From the NCBI GenBank assembly GCA_032718475.1, contig JAUCBJ010006232.1, positions 1 through 60,284 of the forward strand: a DNA stretch of 60,284 bases. Direction: 5' to 3'. The position numbers and the translations under genes are program-made. The DNA comes from Nemertoderma westbladi (Eukaryota; Animalia; Xenacoelomorpha). Of this stretch, positions 10,117 through 22,170 are shown one piece after another (positions within the stretch are counted from its first letter, which is position 1; each line of letters starts with the position of its first letter). The notes beneath the pieces are model-generated. The model had not been told where the DNA came from. It searched no databases and saw only the letters and a list, made by a program, of their open reading frames with translations.

Positions 10117-13100
10117 TTATTGCAACTTTCCTCGTCCATAGTCCTCCTGTTCGGTACTTCCCCTCATGTCATAAGGGGCATAATCGGTAAATCGAACCTT
10201 TATTTCCACACGGGGGTCTATATCCTTCTGATGCAATAGGTAGTGATGTTTTCCATTACACTTAACACACTTGTAGGTGTCCCGTAAATAACACTTGCTT
10301 CTATTATGTCTGGCGCACAAGCACAGGAAACATACAGTTAAAGCGGTTACAGTTTCTCTCCGTTTTTCCAAAGACATTCCAATAAAGTCTGGACACTGCG
10401 GGAGCCTATGGGACTCTTTACTACATAATAAACAGCCGGCGTTATAGGTCGCTGATTTAATTATCGGTTTTAGTTGTTTCAGGCCTTTACGCTGTTGGTC
10501 GCTGCGTTTCTGGCTATCCGAGATATTTGAGTTTTCACTTTCTTCGGATTCCTCCTCACTGGTTGATAGATCAGTTTGATAAACTTGCTCCCGACGCCTA
10601 GTTGGGGTTGTTTTGTCGGATTTCGGATCTAGGTAACACTCACACCGCTGGGTAATCGTCAGCAATGAGGATTCATAATCGAGGTATTCCAAGAAGTCCT
10701 TCATAGTTTACTTAGAGCTGGTTTACCGCGAAGTTTAGCATTTAGCACATTGCGGTCCCATCGTGTTGATATACTACCTTTAGGTAGGGCTACAGAAATC
10801 ATACCAACTACAACGGGAGTATCATAATATTCGTGTTTATCCAACCAATCTAGTTGTCTACAGATTTCTTTAATCTCGTCAATGAATTCAATCATTTCCG
10901 TAGTTATCACACGTTTACGATTGACCAACTTTTGATACAGATATTGGGCTATTGAAGCTTCATCTCCATACCTAACATATAATAGTTTCCATAGTTCTTC
11001 CAATCCCTGTGGGTGTCCTATATATCTTTGCGCTCATTTTTTCGGATAACCTTCCAAACAATCTATTAAGAAGCACAGTTTCTCACTATTGGGTAATGGT
11101 GAACTAAATATACTGTCTTTTACATATTCCCTAAATGGAAGCCATTTTAACTCATTTCCATCAAATTTAATAATTTCACCTACTTTAACAGCTTGACGTG
11201 CTTCAGTATGCACTAATTGGCAGGGTGAAACTATCTTGGGCTAAAGTACTATTAAACATAGTATTAAATGTAGAGTTATCACAGAGGCCTACATTAGTCT
11301 GGGGGGGTCTGTAAGGGTTGTTGATATTATTATTATTTTGTGTGTCATTTTGTATCCCTGTGCTATACTCAGGGTTTTTAACATTGTGCGAGATAGGAGG
11401 GCGTGACATATTTTACAGCTTCAATGCCGTTTACATTAGAGGCTCTCTTTAAGATTTGAAACTCAGGAGAGTCTGGGTTCCTGACCACTGCGGCGTTGTT
11501 AGAGGCCAGGAGGTCCTGAGAATTAGCCAGCTTTTGGTATAGCTCCTCTAGAACCTTGGCGGCTTGTACAGATTCACCTCACAACTCTTGCAAATTTCGA
11601 TGCTGCATAATCCGCGATTGCTCGTTGTTGGCGGCTTCGTCGTGCAACTGCTTTAAGTGCTGCTGTAATTGTTGCCGCTGCTGTTGCTGCTTTTCCAGTG
11701 CTAGCTGATTTTGTTCACTCACTATCTCACGTTGTTTATTTAATCGATTTAATTCAAAATCGATATTATTTAATTGTTTCATTTTATTATTTACCGCCTC
11801 CTGCATAGCTTGCAGGTTTAATGAGGATTCATTTAATTTTGCCCTATAGAGGGAATCCTCATTCGCCCGGGCGACTCTCCCTTTCACCCCAATGGGTCCC
11901 GCATCCCTCATTGACTCAACCGAACCGACAGACACGACCGGCCTGGAGGCGGCATAATGTCCATCACGGGAGTCGATGATGGGGGACAGACTGGGGCCCA
12001 GAGTGTGGGTGTTAAGTGGGTGGGCGAAAACGGTGCTGGACATTCTGTCTGCCAGCAGTGGGATTGGTCGCGCTATCTGTTTAGGTCGAACTGTGGGCGT
12101 AACTATTCTATCCCTATATACTGTAGAAGTTTTGAGCTGTAAACTGTCTGCCTGATTACTTTCTACAGTAGTTGTCGAAACACCAATGGGTGTAAATTTG
12201 GTTTGGGTCGCATTAGCCGCAGATGTTACATTCGGCTTAGAGGGGTTTATTAATATACGGGGAACAATATTTGGCGCCACAAGAGGGGTGTTCATTTGTC
12301 TAAAAAAATCAGAATCAGAGTCAGTTTGAAGCTCTTTGGTGTTTTTAACGGAATTAGCAGTGTGTTGAGGCGGCAGTTCTGGCAGGCGATGACGTTCAGC
12401 CCGTTCTAATCGCCTTCCACTTCTAGAAGTTCGAGATTTGTCCGATGATTTATCGAATTCATCGGAGGAGGTATAACAAGCAAATTCTTTGGTCATGTTA
12501 TCCCGGTGGTGTTCCTTTAGATCTGACTGTTGTTTTTCTATCGATTTGATCTTCTTATCTATTTCATCTTGCTCCCTTTTATTCTGCTTTCCCCTTTGTT
12601 CCGCTAGAAATTGATTTTTGCGTTCCTCCTCTTCCAGTTCCCGTTTTCGTTTTCGTTCCTCCGCTTCACGTTTTCGTTCCTCCGCTTCCGCTTCCTCTTC
12701 GCGTCTCTTTTTCTCAGCTTCATATTCTCGTTGTAAGCGTTCATCCTCAGCCTTATTCTGTAGTTGTTTTAATATATTTTTGTTTTTCTCTAGGTCCCTG
12801 TCCATTATCGATCTTCGTTGATATTATGTTTCTATTTCGTTATGGATATCCTTTAGGATCCCTTTAGTTGTGGGGCTGGAGACGGGATGACTAATTGATG
12901 ATTATCAATTCTTCCTCTCCAACTGCTTTGATATACGTTTTGAGGTGTTTGCGGATCGCATTTTCTTGTCCCGTTTGAGTCTCGGGGGTTCAGTCTGAGT
13001 ATATCCTTGAATATCTCGGGCATCGATCAGGGATGTAGGATCAGAATCCAGAGTTTCAGGGCGAGGGGATTCGCCTTGGAAGGAGAGGCAAGTACGCGCC

Positions 13101-13690
13101 GACAAAGCAAATTTTACTATGTTTTCACTGGCTGCAGTTTCTATCACTGCAGCTCCAGTCCGGATGGCGGACTGATAGAAGGCGGAGAGGATTATCCTGA
13201 TAGTGATTATTCTCTCATTAATGTCATAGAAGAGTGATGGGGCTGAGTGAGTGAAGAGTGATGTCTATGTTTGGTTCCTGCAAGGCGGTTTCAAAACTGG
13301 CGATTTGCTTAGCAAAGCCAGTCTGAAATCCCCTTAGGGTCCTTCCCACTTTAGTGAGGTCTGTGGGATCAACTGGTACTTTCAATGCTGTCATTTCATC
13401 AGAGGTGGCAGAATGTAATGGAAAAAACTTATCCAATCCAGCATTGGATAAGTTATAATATCGAATAGATAATTATAATATCGCAATACAGCCTGTTGCA
13501 TCTCTGTGACAGACATATAGAGTATTTGAGCTTTAGACCCCTTTTCGGTAGCCCTGTAATTATCAATGGCCCTTAGTAGGCTGATTAATAAACCTGGGGA
13601 AGGGGCCATGAGTGGGTCCATTCCCGACAGCAGGTTTAAACCTGTGTCTGTGTCGACTTCGGTCCAGTTTAAGTCGGAGGTCGCAGTCAC
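10117..13690 (-). pseudogene. gag module 2 (coiled coil, DUF1759-like region, three zinc knuckles)
   Basis: ORFs 11579-12805, 10701-11003 and 10117-10704, plus minus-strand 11040-11205 reading ARQAVKVGEIIKFDGNELKWLPFREYVKDSIFSSPLPNSEKLCFLIDCLEG. Confidence 0.8.
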
Positions 13691-13806
13691 TCGTGGTCGG
13701 TCAGATTGTGATTCAAGGCCAGTAGTGGGTTGGTTAGTTCTGGTGACGGGGGTTTATTAACCCCTTAAATAATTATTATGCCTTCTTTTTATTATCGACG
13801 GTTTTA

Positions 13807-16676
13807 TTAACTCTGGTATTCCTGAGACTTACCCAACCAGTCTAGCTGTCTACAGATCTCCTGAATCTGATTGGAAAACTCTATAATCCCGCTGCTAAGA
13901 AACTTTCGGGGCGCTACTAATTTCGCATACAGATATCTAACTATGTTAGTCCTATTACCATACCTGATATTAAGTGTATCCCAAACTTGTCTCAATCCGT
14001 CTGGATGTCCAATAAACTTTAACACCATTAACTTGGGAGGTCCTTCCAAGCACTCGATGAGGAATCGTTTCTCTCCGCTGGATAGTACGGAGTTCTGTAT
14101 GTTATCTTTGTAATATTCATTAAAATGTAACCATTTCATCTCATCTCCATTAAACCTGACGACATCTTCCACCTTTACCGCTTGACGGGCTTCCATTCTA
14201 GCCATCTGACGTGTAAAGCTTTCTTGAGCCATCGTATTATTTAATATCGAATTATTGGTATATAAATTTCTCGGATTATTATCAGATCGGTATAGGATAT
14301 CATTATCAACAGGCTTATTAATACCCTTAATAGGGTTTATTATCGGAGTTTCTACTTCACTAGCAGTATAGATGCGTATAGGCTCCACACCTTGCGCATG
14401 AAATACTTCAGACCTAACGGGCTGACACATTGTTACAGAGCGTGGTGGTATACCCATTTGTATATTTACCAATTTATCGCGCTCGAGGGCGATATTTTGC
14501 TGTACTTCTTGCAGCTCTAACTTACTCTCTCTTACTGTTCCCTTTAACAGTTGAACAGTCCCTTCCAATTCTCGGACTTGTTTAGAAGACTTTAATTTAT
14601 TGTCTTCTAATTGCCCGAGCAACTCCTCCATCCCCCGTCGTCCCTCCACTCAACCGCGGAGGCGGGAGTCGCCAACGTCGTAACTGGATGGCACATCGGG
14701 ACGATGGGAGACAATCAATTTATTATCTCTTGCTCGGCGTCCATAACAGTCTGAGATTCTGGCAGTTGTCTACTGGGCGCAGGTAGTTTGGTACTGTGTA
14801 AAGGGAATTTTGAGTTGGGTTCTGGGAGCAAAGGTGTCTCTATTAAAGGAGTGGCTTCGCTAACAGTCCTAATTATTTCTGGCTTATCTACTATAGTAGG
14901 GAGTCTTTCTACTCTTATAATTTGGGCTGTTGGCTCTCTATTACTTAAGTCTACATTAGCTAGCTCCCTTCTCACCGTAGGGGGTAAGTTAGGCAACTTA
15001 TATTTATTACCTTTACCCTTGGAATCAGTTGTATCACCTTCATCCGAGGAGGTAAATCCCTGTCTTCTGGGAGTAGATCGACTCAGTAGTTGCATTTGAG
15101 TAGCTGCTCTTTGTTTATTTAAATAATCTTGTTTCACCTGAAGGTTCTCCAACTCTAGTTGTGCTTTCGCTTCAGATGCCCTCCGTTCTGCTTCTGCCAA
15201 TGCCGCTGCTGCTGCCGCTTTTCTTTCAGCTTCTGCCGCTGCAGCTTTTCTTTCAGCTTCTGCCGCTGCCGCTTTTCTCACAGCTTCTGCCGCTGCCGCT
15301 GCCACTGCCGCTGCCGCTGCCGCTGCCGCTGCCGCTGCCGCTGCCGCTGCCGCTGCCGCTGCCGCTGCCGCTGCCGCTGCCGCTGCCGCTGCCGCTGCCG
15401 CTGCCGCTGCCGCTGCCGCTGCCGCTGCCGCTGCCGCTGCCGCTGCCACTGCCGCTTTTCTTTCAGCTTCTGCCGCTGCCGCTGCTGCTGCTGCGTTTCG
15501 GTCTTCTATTTGACCTTTCTTTATTTGTTCTTCTTTGTCCATTGCGATGAGAATGCTTTCATCAAATTTAGCCTGCTCTGCAGCTAATATCTCCGCATCT
15601 AAAGAGTCCAAAATGAATTTGGCTCCTTCACTATTGGGGTAGAGTCCAGCTAGTCGTCTCCTTAGCTCTTTGTCACCTATAAATCGTTGATAATCTGACA
15701 GATAGATGTCAATAGCATCCTTCTTCTGAGGTTTTTCGGATACCGCCTCACCTTCCACATGAGAAAAAGTTGCATCGGTTGATGTTGATTCTCCGTGGGT
15801 TATGCGTTCAGTTAGCTGAACCTTCCATTGTGTTGTTCCCTGGACTTTAGCATTCACTCGTTGGAACCAAGTCTTTACTGCCACCTGCAGCGATGTGTCT
15901 TGACTTATCTTCGAGGCCTCTTCAAAGGCTGAAAGGATTAATCTGATCCTCAATATACGTTCTCTCATTTGGTAAAGCAGCTCTCCCTGCTCTTGAGGTC
16001 CCTGGGGTTGTTGAAATAACTGTGTTTCTATTCGTTCCAAGGAGTTGAAGAATCCCTGGACATATCCTGCTGCTGACCTCTTCCATACAGCGGGATCTCG
16101 GGTGTCCCTCACTACTCCTATTTGGTATAAGTCTTCCCAGGCAGCTTCCGATAAGTTAAACGGGAGTCTGGGTCCAGGGAAGTTCCATTGAGTCTCTAGA
16201 ATAGACCTTAGTTCTTCCATCGGGTATCCGGCGTAACTGTTCCTGGTCGATCTCTTATTTCTCATCCAATCCACTTGATGTTCTTCTACGGCTATAAGTA
16301 CTCTAATGAGTACTGCCCCAGGAAGAATTAGAAGTGGGTCTGGATAAACCGCTTCTTCTATCCTTGTTCCGATCTCAGGCGTTAACTCTTCGGTGTCGGA
16401 ACTAGAGTTACTACGCAGTTGAGAAATAAGTTCTCGGTTCGGTTACTGTTGCTGTTTTGCAGCCATCGCTTGGTCTCGCTTAACTTGGGCCCTAGCGCCG
16501 ATAATAGACCTATGGTGCTTCACTAGCCTAGGGTCTGATACCACTACTGTAGGGATGACTTTTCTTACAGTAGGAGGGGACTTAGACTTCGGTCTGGGAT
16601 GTTCCATACTTTGATCTGGGTCACAGATCGTTCTTTCCAAGAGACTATCTGACAGTGTTTGTTTTGTGTCAGACAT
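13807..16676 (-). pseudogene. gag module 1 (coiled-coil/poly-Ala region plus DUF1759-like capsid region, no zinc knuckles)
   Basis: ORFs 16443-16676, 14715-16274 and 13807-14649. Motif EARQAVKVEDVVRFNGDEMKWLHF...IRYGN...EICRQLDWL followed by a stop. Confidence 0.75.
15264..15494 (-). repeat. (GCGGCA)n hexanucleotide repeat encoding poly-alanine within gag module 1
   Basis: 47 uninterrupted Ala codons at 15306-15446 between two Val codons. The reading frame stays open. Confidence 0.95.
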
Positions 16677-19600
16677 AATTTATTTTACAGTTGAATGCCT
16701 ATCACTATAATAACAGTTAAAGCAAGTCTAGGGGAAATCAGTATCAACTGTCAGTCTAGTAGTTACCAATATCGATACTCAATGTAACGTGGTATATATC
16801 TAATATTAGAATACCGGTATACACCTATAGTATATATATGAGTATTATTATAGTACAGAATATGATCAGTCACAGAATACCGGTATATAAGTTTAGCCTA
16901 ATTTATATAAATATAATAAGCTTACCGTAAACACCGGTAATGTCAATTATTTAATAATAACTGATTATCCGAATTTTAGGGAATACTTCCCTTTACTTTA
17001 TTACTGATATTAAGCAGTTGTTCAACTGATATTAAGACCTAATTGATGTATAACAGGCCTATTAATTTATAAATCTGATTAAGTTGATTTATAAATATAT
17101 ATATATATACCCGTAATGGGTTTTGTCAATATTTGAAATAAATGTTATTATTTCTGAGTAAGAAGTCACTACACAGAGGCTGAACGCTCTCAGTGGAGTG
17201 CTACTTGTTAGACACTAATACTGATAATTCTACTTAACTAAGTTACTTATAACTACAAATTACTTACGTATCGGGTTGAGATTACACAATCTCTAAATAA
17301 ACAATAAACAAGTTACAAGTACAATTTCTAGGGTAATTTAACAAGAAATTTACGAACCAGACTAACAAGGAGTTAGAATTTCTGGTTCTTACAAACTGAC
17401 AGGAATTACGGTATTTGAAACCAATAAAGTAGTATTAAGTACATTGTGTTGTCCAGATAAGGAAATGCCACCATCTGACGGCTTATAGTCTTACACTATA
17501 AGCAGTATGTTATGTACTCGGAGTGTCCTATACCTAGAGGTTAATTATCGAAGCCAACCAGAGCTAACGGTCCTATTAACCACATTACAACACAAATATA
17601 CTGCCTACGCACTAAATTACTTTCAGGAAAGCACTGTACTCTAAATCCTAAATTAGGTACAAGCACTTATACAACATATAACTAGCAGTTAGATATACGT
17701 GAACAGCCAAAAGAACCACGGTATCTGCTGGAGTGACCGGAGCACAAAATCACCAGTCTGTCCTACGCCAATCAGTCCTGAAGTAGTACCGGGGTTAATT
17801 TAACTATAACAGTATGCATAACAAGCATAATTACTGTAAGGAATAAACTTGGGGAGATGACTAAATAAGTTCTTAATTTTATGCTTGATTGATGATTTTT
17901 ATTTTATTGTATGGTTATTTATACAATCTGAGCAGGCTTACACGCCTTCTGCTCAATATTACACTTACTGGTAAATAAAACCAACAGAAATATGTAAGCT
18001 CTATAAGAAATAAGGGGTGTACGTACAGGCCCTACTCTCTTAAACAGCCTACTAATATACAATATATCACAATCGAAATAATACTGGGTAAGTACCGGTT
18101 CGGGTCAGGCCTACAGTTTACCGTCCGACCGGTACGTTTTGGGTTTATTGCCTACTGAGCAATAAAAGAAACAAAATCTATTAATGTTCGCGCTTTTAGA
18201 CCTTTTAGCAGTTTAACCTGCCAATTTAAATGTCTTTTTAACTATGAATCAGCTTTTACCCGTACCAATTACCTGGTGTACTGAATTTACATGCGCCGAA
18301 GCCAGTCCGTGCGCGGCGTATGACCCACAGTGTGGGAGACTGGATTCGGGTTCCCAAGGAAGTTATTGCGGTGTAGGCTACTTTGTATTATTCGATTGAT
18401 TGCTACTATATAATCTCTGACAACTATATTTACTTTCGGGGAAATATTAACAGTTCCTTTGGGACGTGGCGCTTTAAGTATAAAACAGAGTTATGACTTA
18501 CACTAATCACAACTAAATGGCTACAGAGTATCGTAAATAGCGCATTCTTTAGGAGATTCTTTGTTAACCTTTATACGACTTCACACTACTTCACACTAAT
18601 TTACACTAATTCACACTAATTTGCCGACTGTCACTGATTTTGATCATATATAAGGAGTATTGCAAGTGACACACGTAGGGATTATGAAATAGCATTTAAT
18701 TCACACAAAAACCACTATAATTTGAGTCACAGTTGCTACCGGTAGACCCTTCCTCCCCTTACCTCAGTAATCAAGAAAGTTGAGGGGTTTACGATTATTT
18801 ATCGGTATTCTCCAAATACAACATCCATTAATATAAACAGCAATTAACACAACATAAAACAGCATTAAACGGTGCGGTGAACAGTCAGTATGTGTTCATG
18901 AAGTTCAGTATGATTAGATTTGTAAGCAACCGGACAGGTTATTAAACAGGTTAATAGATTTACGTCCTTATAACTCAGGCCATCAGATGCTCTTGGGCCA
19001 AAGTCTGAAACGTCCGTACTTAGTACAAAATCCTGAGAGGAATCTAATTCTCAGAAAAACTATAACTGCGCATGCGCCAGTTTACACAGGTAGGTCTCTA
19101 CTGGCATAACTGGGAAGATTGCTCTGATTGGCTGAATAGGCTCAAACAAAGGAATCTCCACGTTCACAAAGAATCAGCTGACAGATTTTGTCATCTTGGT
19201 TCTAATTTCTGACCGACGCGTAGTTGAACAATTTTAGGGCTATTTTAGAGTATTCAGCGCATTGCGTAAAAATGACTTGTTATGTCCGCAAAAGCTTTTA
19301 CAAAGTGCCTCAATGATTGCTCCCATAACACCAGAATGGATGGCATCAAATATAAATAAATTAAAACTGTGTATAACGACATAATTATCACCCCATGTTT
19401 GTTACTTACAAAGAAAGGTCAGAATAACAAACATTAAGGCTCAGCGGCCAAACCAAATTGAAATCATGTGGTTGCTCTATCTACCATACCATATAGTAAA
19501 TGTATTGTGCTTATATTTCTTGACAAGTGTACGTAGGATGTATCAGGGAGGTCTATGTCATCCCCAGTTATTGCATTGCATTAGTGTACATACAACTTGG

Positions 19601-21634
19601 TAGGGTGGCCCTATGCCAACCCAATTATCGTCGTTAGATACAGGAAGGAAACAATATTGTGATGGGATCCCTGAGTTGGCGAGGGAATCCCGACCGGGTT
19701 TTGTCTTGGTTTCCGCTTACTGTGGATGAAGGCTGAATGACTGAAGGCTGAAGGCCGGTATAATAAGAGAGTTTTGGTGTTAAAGTCTGTGGAATTATTT
19801 CATTATTAGGTAGCTATTTGTAATTAGTACTTCGTAAAAAACTTTCAAAATCCGATGTATTTGCCTTGTTTTACAGTTTGCTATAAATTCGTATATTACC
19901 TATTCTTATTATATTTCGGTATGAGTTGCTACTGGCGCAGTGGTCCAGTAGGTTAGCGCGCAGAATACATTTAAGATAAAAGGTAAAATTGATATTTTGT
20001 GCAATTTATTTTCTGTTTCACCAAACTAGATAAGCCAATGGAGTGCATACAACACGTGAACTGAGTAGTTGGGCCAATCACAAGGTGTTTGATAATTTAT
20101 TGGTCCAATGTGAACCCATGGAATGTGGTAGAATGTTCTAGTGTGATTCCATGCTTAGGATTTCCTATATAAGGTGCCGTTTGCCCTTCGGTTATCACCT
20201 AACCTAAATATCTTGACTTAATATTTAACTAATACTACTAACTATCTTTCTAATATTTGTAAAGTTTCGTTTAGTTTTTATAAATCATTTAGTCATTTTA
20301 CATTAAAATATACTGCAAACTCTGAACATGTAGTTTTTAGCGTATCCATCTCAAACAGCCAAACGCTTTGGAGAATGGCTGCCTAAACCTTTAGGCCACA
20401 GCAACGCAAGGGGAAGGGATGTCCAAGACGCATAAAGGAACCCGCACTATTTCGCCCATGCCCATTTGGAAAGTATAACCCGATTGCCTGAGAATGCCCA
20501 TGTTAGAGGAGGTAAGACTTTGTTCGAAGCATTTGCCCACCGTAAGACCTTAGATCAGGGGAGAGGGTGACGCCGTCCTGGGACCCCGTAAAATGTAGGA
20601 ACAAATACCTCAGATTCAGACAGAAGCCCCGTGGTCAGCCTGTACCTCCTACAGGTGCAAGCTGATGCTGTTTGTTAGTACGCGCAAGTATGCTAGGTGC
20701 AAATAGCACACTCTACAATTTGGTGATTTGCCATACTAGCAGTACAGTACTGGTTAGCTCTGTAGGCCGTGCAGTCTGACTGACCTGTCTCAGTCCAAAG
20801 TATTTGCTCAGGCAAGGGGGCAGCTTTCTGCTACCAGCACGCATTTTGGCTAAAGGGCGGTTTACAAACACTCTACCGCGCCCTTGCCACGTACTACCAG
20901 CACGCATTAGGTATTTACTGTAGACCACCGCGGTAACAAAATTCTAGAATGAAATACATACCAGATCAGCTAGACATACGGTAGTAAATTAACATCCTAT
21001 TTCCTTATCTCACAATCAGAATCTGGTATCAGTGCCGATCACGGGCGTAGTTAGTTACTAACACCGTAATTGCCCGACTGAGTTGTGAATATAGGAGGTG
21101 TGAGCCCTTTTGACGTCAGTTTGTAAATATTGCGCCTACAGCGCGCGACTAGCTTATTCAAGTAGCTAGCGCCCGGTATTGTTATTTTGTTAAATCACCA
21201 AAACCTAGTACAAAGGCGGTACACCAAAATTGTTTAATTGTAAAACACACACACGTGCCTTAAGATAGTTTGTAGAAGTATTGTTTTATTCTCAGGCACT
21301 CTTTTGACTGCTTTTTCTGTCGGCAGTATTGATTCTTACGCTGGTGTCGGTTGACCCGCTAGCTCGTATTATACCCATATAAATCACATCGCGGCAAGTT
21401 TACAGTATTTAGGTACATTAGCGGTAGTTAGGATTCGCTACGAGGGGATTGTTTTCCCGTGAGTTTGGTCTGTATCTGTAGACTGTACATCTGCCTCACC
21501 GGTTAGAGGCCGGGCATCCTGGTTGTCTAGTTAGCCTGTGCAATTGATAAAATATTAAATTGGTAAAAATATATATAAATAAATTAAATTAAATTAAATT
21601 AAAAATACAAAGATAAATTGGTAAAATTAGAAAT

Positions 21635-22170
21635 TTAAAGGCAGAATTCAGGAATGCAGCAACACCGCTTCCATTCATTTAGCTACCACGATATTAAAAT
21701 TAAAGCGGAAGCTCAAAATCGTACATAAAAGTAGGTCTAGTAAGTAAATAGTTCAATTAACAATATCAAACTAGACTTATATGGGACATACGTAACCAAT
21801 ATATAAAAAACGTCTCAACTCGTGAACAAAATAATCAAGAAGATCATTGAATATCTATCACTTCTGAATAAGCGAACTATAGTACTAGAAAGCATTTAAA
21901 GCATGTATAAAAGGTTTCAGTTTGTGAACAAATAAACTAAATGGATTATTGGGGACACCGTTTACTTATTTTACATATAATATAAAGTAAATATATGAGT
22001 CATATAAAGTAAAATAGGGGTAATATAAAGTAACCAGAAAGATTAATGTTTATTTTTGGATCTTTTTCTTTTTGGAGGGTCGCTTGCGACTTTTCATCTT
22101 TGGGGAACTGTTGTTTGGCGATGAAGACGGGGAACTTCGCACTTGTAGCCCCTCAGCGGCGGAAGGATGA
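21635..22170 (-). repeat. Retroelement 3' block, copy 2
   Basis: Diverged colinear copy of 6535-7185. Confidence 0.9.

Larger units (their letters stand above)
8420..16676 (-). mobile_element. BEL/Pao-type LTR retrotransposon derivative, degenerate and non-autonomous
   Basis: DUF1759-like gag (F.G.E.KW..F...EK..FLI.CLEG...L..RYG), BEL-type triple Cys/His knuckles (CLLC...H...C, CFLC...H....C, CVKC...HH.LLH), protease ALMDTGSSGSFI, post-protease RTRIGW...GP, YSSWDKLCR, LIRVGG and the integrase C-terminal RP..RLCLLE. Many stops and frameshifts. Confidence 0.85.

Noticed and set aside
15159-15587. (CR)n and (LP)n ORFs on the + strand
   Set aside because: Antisense readings of the poly-Ala hexamer repeat.
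19934-19962. tRNA 5' half or PBS (ggcgcagtggtccagtaggttagcgcgc)
   Set aside because: A box only, with no B box or adjacent LTR end. At most a SINE-head remnant.
20827-20836. Second tRNAi-Met PBS-like 10-mer (tctgctacca)
   Set aside because: Short, not adjacent to a TG..CA end, and part of a local direct repeat.
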